Source: the human T2T-CHM13v2.0 reference genome, Homo sapiens
DNA: 64,000 nucleotides
Strand: one strand, 5' to 3'
Assembly: GCF_009914755.1 (NCBI RefSeq)
Contig: NC_060945.1
The notes beneath the pieces are model-generated. The model worked only from the letters and a program-made list of their open reading frames with translations. It was not told where the DNA came from and searched no databases. Below, piece after piece: positions 56,857-64,000 of the stretch; within the stretch, counting starts at the first letter, position 1; each line of letters begins with the position of its first letter. The translations under genes and the position numbers were made by a program.

Positions 56857-59800
56857 GTAAGTACCTTGTTTATTGTCATATCATGCTAGGTTTTTTCAAA
56901 TTAAATTGAGTTGCACTGAATTTATAAACATATCAGGAGAGAATGTGTATTTAGTAATTGTGGTAATAAATGCTAATCTTCCTTCCATTCCTGACAGTCA
57001 TCATTGTGATTTTTTTTTATTTTTTTTGTAAAATCTAAGCATGGATCATCAAAGTATTCTCATGGTTTTCATCTTATGATTTTTAGGTGTGAAATGGGAC
57101 TAGTAAACATTTCAGAAATGAGATATTATTTCCCCTGTTTTGCTGACAAGCTTCTCATTTTATTTGATATTAGTAACTTCAGGCTAAGTCCCTGGCAATC
57201 ATATGTTAGGTAATATTATTAGAAAAATCACACCTCAAAACAAATTAATCAAATAATTTGACTTACTTATCCATAATGTTTAACAAAGAATGGCCACGGT
57301 GAACTTGATGAAGAGGGAATCCTTTTCTTCAACTTTAATTAGCACTATCCAGTAAGGATGTTTGGAGAGCTAAAAGCTGCACACAGATTTTTGATAGAGG
57401 TTAGAGGTAAACAATGTTCACTAGTTGCAGAGTCATAGAGTGACACTATGGACAACTGCGTTTTGCCTTCAGAAAAGATGATTTCAAAAGCCACTGAAAA
57501 TAATTTCTTCAACATTTTTTTCCATAAGTACCTTGGAGTATTGGTGTCTACTGTAAAATAAGTTAAAAATGAAACACAATTTTAAGTTAAATTTTCTAAG
57601 ATTCATACAACATGCGTTTTATGCTTATGTTGACTGAATCCATATTAGTGCTATCCAAATTAATTATATTTTAGCATATCATGTTTAAAATAATTACTCC
57701 ATAGTAGTGTGTGGGTTAATTTTCAGTATTTTCTCACCAATTTTCTAAATTATAATACTGCTGCTTCTAAATGGAAAGATCTACATTCTGAGGGGTAATA
57801 AAAAAGAAAAATTTGATTTTGAATGGCATATTTTAATAATTAATTTTAGATATCAAATCAATTTTTAAAATTTAAGATTAATACTCCTTTCAGAGGACAA
57901 GTTTTTGTCCCAGCTTTCATACTCAAGTGAGGTCTCCTGGCCATTCTCATTTGCACATTTGTAAACACGGTAGAAGAGAGATAATCTTTTCTAGGGAGGT
58001 AGGCTTGGCCAGAATTCATGAATTGGACTGTTAGAACAGGCTTTCCATGCAGATTGTTGCTCACAATTCTAGGATGAAAAAATTTATTGTACAAAATACT
58101 GGGGGATAGTAACAGTTTGTAAGGAATTCTAATACAATCCCACAGTGGACTCTAAAATGCAATGACTACTTGTGAGACAACGTGTTGTATATTTTTATTT
58201 GTACTGTATTGTCAGTAGTGGCCCCGGTCATTGATGTAATCAAAAATATTTCTTGAGTAGCACTGCATCTATTTAGAGCAAAGCAGAGTCACAAATGGAA
58301 ATAATGACATTTTAGACAGCCATATATTTATGTATACATATACACAGTTTAAAACATAAATTACTATTTTAAAAATCTGACTTCAAATTCATATTGATTT
58401 CTTTAAATGTGGATTAGAATTAATCTTTTTTGAGAAGTTATGTGTGAAACACAGATGGATAGAAATAAGTAAGATTTTAAGCATAATGAGATTAGTAAGA
58501 TTGAAGAGACTCAAGTTCATATAATGGTACTCAATAAATTTTACCTTTGCACATAGTTGCTAAGGTATAGTTGATACGGCTTACTGATAAAGTTTAAACA
58601 AGAACAAATTTTGTCTCCAGTAAAGTTACTCCTTCCGTTTTCTCGCCTTTCTCTTTCTCCTCCCAACCTAATGGTAAAAGTGCCTGGTTTCTTCCCAGTT
58701 ACCCAGTGTCTGTGCTTACCACGCCAATAAAAGTATGTCCTTTTCCCTCCTCTTCTTTCTAATTTCCAACCCTTTCTAACTCCAGAAGTGCTAGAGGATC
58801 TGTTTTTCATAACACATTGGAAATGATTGATTGTATTAATTCATACATAACTATAATTGTCTGATAATCAATCAATTACTAAGTTATCCATCTTAGAGCT
58901 ACTATCATTTTAACAGGGGACATTGTTTTAATAGTAGAAATTTAGGCACCTATGGCAAATTTTGCAAAGGGAATGATTCCATATCCTTTGTATTATGAGA
59001 TAGGCATTGCTCACTCTTGGCTATTTTGTATTTTGTAATTAATCAAATATAAAGTGATACTTTTTCACATTTTTTTCAAGCGCCAATGGAAAGTTAGAGA
59101 ATTTGAGTGACTTGGTGGGGAGAGGGAACAGACATCAGAATGTAATTCATAACAGTCTAAATATGGATGGCAGCAGTACTGGGCAAGAGGCAACCCCTCA
59201 ATCACTATCTCATCTCAGCTCAACTGCCCAGCTCTTGTGCCTTCGGATACAGCCATCCTGGCACAGTTTCTCTTGACCATATCACTTGATAGTATGCCTT
59301 CTAGTTTCATCATTAAAATACTCTATATATCCCTATTTTGTTGTTGTCTCTTCTCTTCTCCACCTCCTCCATCCTGTCAACATCATGCTCTGAGGATCCA
59401 ATTGGAGATACCATGATTGAATAAAAAATGAAATAACTACTTCAAAAAGTTCTTGATCATCTGTTCTCTTTATATGATTCCAAACTACTTCATCTATTAG
59501 TTTCTCAAACCACATGAACTCCACAGTGGAATAAAGTGCAACTGAATAACTTGAAAAAATGGTTTAGACATATTCAATATATTTTTAATAAAAAATGAAG
59601 AAAAAAGTACATAGAGGAATCTGGAAAATAAGAAACAGCTCTAAGATTTTCACTTCTTGATTTCTTCTTTGGCCACATCTTTCAACTCCAGTGTGCACAG
59701 GGCTATATTCTGAGAACAATGTAATTTAGACAATATATTCTTTATATGACTTGATTTCTAGCAGACACTGAATCTAAGCCTTTAATTTGGGTTTCACTGG

Positions 59801-61020
59801 GAAAGGACAAGAATAGCTATATCCTATTATAGAAAGTGTAAAACTCCCTATAGATTATGAACCAGGAAACACCATTATTCTGTCAGCCTGTAATACAGCA
59901 CATGGCTTTGTTCACTCACCCATTACAAAGACAGAATTTATTGGAACAGAACTAGAGTAATAAAAGCAGAATGAGATATTTCTGTGGACTCTTCATGAAA
60001 ATTAATGTCTCTAACAATAAATCAGTAAGTTTAAACCGTGTGTTTGGAAAATAAAGACAAACATATTAATCTCATGAAATGTTTGGAAAAAATCATGAAG
60101 TTATTTTTACATCTACTTTGTACTTATAGTGTCAATGTAACTTCATATAATTTAGTACATAGATTTTTACATGTTTCCATGAGTTTTTCACCATTTTATT
60201 TCTAATTTGATGATAGCTATGGGATCATAACTATCACTTAGTGTTGGCATATTAAATACATTTCCTTAACTAAAATAATTGGTAGCTTAAAATCAATTGT
60301 AAGGAAGTACTATAGGGACTAGCATTTGTAAGTCTTAATTGAACTTCTTAAGTAAGTTGGAGTCCACGAGGTTGTACACTATCTCAATGGCCATAGGATA
60401 AGAAAGGTAAGTTTGAAAAGGGCATTAAAATAATAAATAAGTAAAATCAAGCTTTGGTTCTTAAGAAAACATTTTCCAGTTAATAATGTTTATGTATGTA
60501 CATGGAAATTTATTTAAAGCCATTATAGTTTAAGTTTTGAAGTATTTTTAAACAATGAATACTTATGGACATTAAAGAGTAGCAAGCATTTTAGTAATTT
60601 TTCTTTGCTGTAAGTTAAGAGGATGAGTTTTATTCTTCTTTGTATAGATAGACTATGTGTTGTCTGAATGAACAAATACAGCAAGAAATCAATAAAGAAA
60701 TTAGCTCACTATACAATTATAAATAGTATTATAAATAGAATAATTAATATGAGAAATAAGAAACACAAGAAAAAATGCACTGCCAATGTTTATAGATATG
60801 AGAACACAGAAGGTAATGAATAGGAAAATTAGATTTATTTTGCCTTAAGTACTATGTGGGTGGTGGAGACTAGCAACAGATTATGTAGGGCCTAATTTTA
60901 AAAAAGTTTACCAAGCATCAGCACATGGAACAAAGGCAAGTAGAATCTGTTATGATCATGGAAAAAGAGATTTAAATTTAGAACTCGGCTAAAATCTTCA
61001 AACCTTTAAATCTTCCAAAT

Positions 61021-61040
61021 GTATATATATACATATATGT

Positions 61041-61073
<33 letters not shown>

Positions 61074-61108
61074 TACACACACACACACGTATATATAATT
61101 TTATATAC
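61021..61108. repeat. (TA)n(CA)n microsatellite
   Basis: Directly visible. Confidence 0.92.
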
Positions 61109-61371
61109 AATTCGGTGTTTTAAATTTAAGATTAATATCTTTCTCAGAGGACAACTTTTTGTCCCAGGTTTCATGCTAACAATGATGAGTACCTGTTTGT
61201 TTCTTTTGGATATTCTGATATGGAGACTTTTGTGCCTCTACCCAGGACAGCTCTGAAGGACTCACTGGTCTCTCGATGAATCTGACAGTGCCATGGTATT
61301 CAAGCCAGGTCCCTTGATGCTTCTCGTTTGCCCATTTGTAAACTCTTCTTGAATTCTGTATATGGTCTATC

Positions 61372-61476
61372 TGTATATATATATAAAAATATATGCTTGT
61401 GTGTATATATATGCAATTATATATAATATACAAAATATATGTATAAATATATATATATATATATATTATATATAAA
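61372..61476. repeat. (TA)n-rich tract
   Basis: Directly visible. Confidence 0.85.
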
Positions 61477-62847
61477 ATCCAGACTGATCAATCACCTCTC
61501 TGACATTGAGAGTAGCAAATGGAGTTTTAAATAATTTCTGGGCCTTCTGTGAGGTCATGTAAATATGAATACCTGAACCATGCTACCAGGGAATCCAGGA
61601 ACCGGGAACTGCTTTATATACATACAAAATCTTAAATCATAGGACATGAGAGTCAGAAGAATCAAAACTTCATCTTGCTTATATGAGCTCACCTTCTCTA
61701 TTGTCCTCTCATTTTATAATTGTTCAGTTTATATTTAAAATGATGCTGATAATACATTTCATGAGACTTCAAAAGGAGTCAGTAAACTGTTTCTTGTTAT
61801 GAATAAAAGTATCAAGCAGCCCCTGAAAATAAGAAAATAGTGACCCTTACACCTTGCCTCTAATCACTTCCCTGTAGAGATGATAGCCAATACTTTCCTG
61901 AATGCTGATAGTATGACTTCAGAATCACTATTAAGAAGTACCCTGAATTGCCATATGGCCCTGCTATTTTCTGACCAAAAAAAAAAAAAAAGGAATTGCT
62001 TAAGAGAAGCGATACCAAAGGCAAATGACCATTTTTTTTCAGTAGCTGCCCTTCAACATTTAATTGGCTTATTAATAATAGCCATATTCAGCAAATCATC
62101 TCATTAAGTTACCTAGGGGAACGTTTTGCAACTAGATTATCTTAAATTGTTCCCTAGGCATTTCAACCTTTGTAAATTAGACACTCTACAGATATGCATA
62201 CTTGAGATTTTGATGCCAGGGGAGTATTTGGTAACACCCACTTTAATTTTTTTCCTATTCCCTAGGAATAGCAATTAGGGGATTAAAATGCCTTCTTGCC
62301 TAATGTTGAAAGGAAAATGTAATTGATTTATGCTGGGAACATGTTAGAGCTCCCTTTGGTTTCTTATACTATCAGCCCAAATACTTAAAATGATGGAGGG
62401 CCCTTTAATTTATCATATTAAGGGCTTCAACAAATAAGAGCTAAATGATTGTTAATTTACAAGAGACTGCCTTGTGTTTGTACAGAAGTTTCACCTTAAA
62501 TGTCTAATTTCCAAAAATGGTATTTTTGAAGGATTACCTGAAGGACATGACATCTATCTATCCCTCTAAAGAATACTTTTTTTTTTTCTGGGGTAATTAA
62601 GGTCTCATTTTTTGGCTTATTTTCTGGCTCTTTCACCCACATCTTCACTCAGATACATAACAAAACTGAATTCCAAGTATTTCCACAAAAATATTTACTC
62701 ACATCAACCACTTCATCGTTACATAGAAAGTACTGAATAGCTGAGGTAATGCCAGGGCCACAGGGACATGCAGCTGTCTGCTGCCTCATGGATCCCTTGT
62801 CTTCATACCACCCTTCAGTGTCCTTGCCATACACCCCTTCCTTCCCA

Positions 62848-63135
62848 TATATGTGTGTGTATACACAATTTATAACTTATAAAAATACATGCTACATGTA
62901 TATATGTGCATATTCATACTGAATATGCTATACATAGCATTTACAATTATATGTTGTGTGTGTTTGTGTGTGTATATATATACATACATTTAACATATCA
63001 TCTCAAATTACTTTTGGGTTGACTTTTTAAGCTTTTTTGTTCTATGTAGGTCTATATATATAACACATATATAATACATTATAATACATATATATAATAC
63101 ACATATATAATGCACATATATATATATATACACAA
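62848..63135. repeat. Degenerate TA/TG/CA low-complexity region
   Basis: Directly visible. Confidence 0.7.
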
Positions 63136-63906
63136 TTTTTAAAAATTTATATGAAACAGCTACAGTGTTTGCTTATACATCTCCCAGTGATTATGCATCT
63201 AAGGCTTAAAATCACTGTGTTTCTTTTTGGATTTAAAGCTGTGTAAAAAACTGACACCTTCTTGTCATTAACTCAATTAGGACAAATGAAGAGAAAAATG
63301 GCGCTAGAGTGTATTATTTCCAGGAAGGGTGATATCACCTCCCCACTGGTGACCTGCCTAGCCCTTGACTTTATTAGGTATTATGTGCCTCCATTCCACC
63401 TTCTCATTTTTCAAAGGCCTCATGTCTTTCTTCTGGGCTGGTTTGCAAACTACAACATGAGGGTATTGCACATGTCTTGGTCACTATTGTGTTCATGCCT
63501 TCTAGAAAGTCCTCACTAATCAATTAACTGAATAAATAATTGATGAATGAGTGGGTGAAGACAGAGGGTGTTGTGATAGCTGTGGCTTTTTAGCATAGCT
63601 GCCCTAAGCATTTCAAAATTGCAACTAGGTTTCTTTCTTAACCTTACTGTCCATTGATTAACTTAGAAAAGTTACAACCTCTCTTCTCAGTTATTCCATC
63701 GTTCATACATCTCATAGTACTTTAAGTAGTACTGGCTACAGGCCATTTTTATAAAAACAGATATTCCTGAGTTTCAAAAATCAAGGCAAGTGCCTCTTGT
63801 GTATATTGATAACTTGTAGTGCTTGTTCATTTAAAACCAGGGCTTCGTTAGGGGTTCTAATATCTTCATTTTTACACGAAATAGCAAAACAGGCCAAACT
63901 TTTCTG

Positions 63907-63980
63907 TTCCTTTGTAATGGAAGTTCTATGTCACCAAAAAGTTTATTTCCTTTGTAATAAAAGTTCTGTGTCACCAAAAA
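63907..63980. repeat. Two-copy tandem duplication, 40-bp period
   Basis: ttcctttgtaatggaagttctatgtcaccaaaaa vs ttcctttgtaataaaagttctgtgtcaccaaaaa (31/34 identical). Confidence 0.9.
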
Positions 63981-64000
63981 AAATATTAACTAGAAAAAGA

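Noticed and set aside
60404-60412. Consensus donor AAG/GTAAGT
   Set aside because: No convincing upstream acceptor or FN3-2-like frame; the next NCAM2 exon appears to lie beyond the window.

Overview
AT-rich primate (very likely human) genomic DNA from the middle of the NCAM2 gene (+ strand). Four coding exons (6556-6652, 20194-20367, 54679-54798, 56735-56856) splice in frame through GT-AG introns. They encode the end of Ig5, all of FN3-1 and the start of FN3-2. The rest is intron filled with transposable elements: a full-length Tigger1 carrying two AluY, 12 Alus in total plus a FLAM, several L1s (two with 5' inversions), MaLR LTRs including a two-LTR MLT1A nested in an L1, L2/MIR remnants and microsatellites. 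Nearly all listed ORFs are spurious or TE remnants. I cannot support a wholly new biological system. The strongest unexplained structure is a 118-bp, 93%-identical ungapped inverted repeat (38913-39030 / 39655-39772) that I do not recognise as a TE. It is one of several short local duplications that look like template-switch scars. Other candidates are cryptic/poison micro-exons (one at the position homologous to the NCAM1 MSD/SEC/AAG cassette), an L1 with a probable 3' transduction tag, and a tailless, TSD-less inverted L1. TE subfamily calls come from recalled consensus sequences, not a database search.
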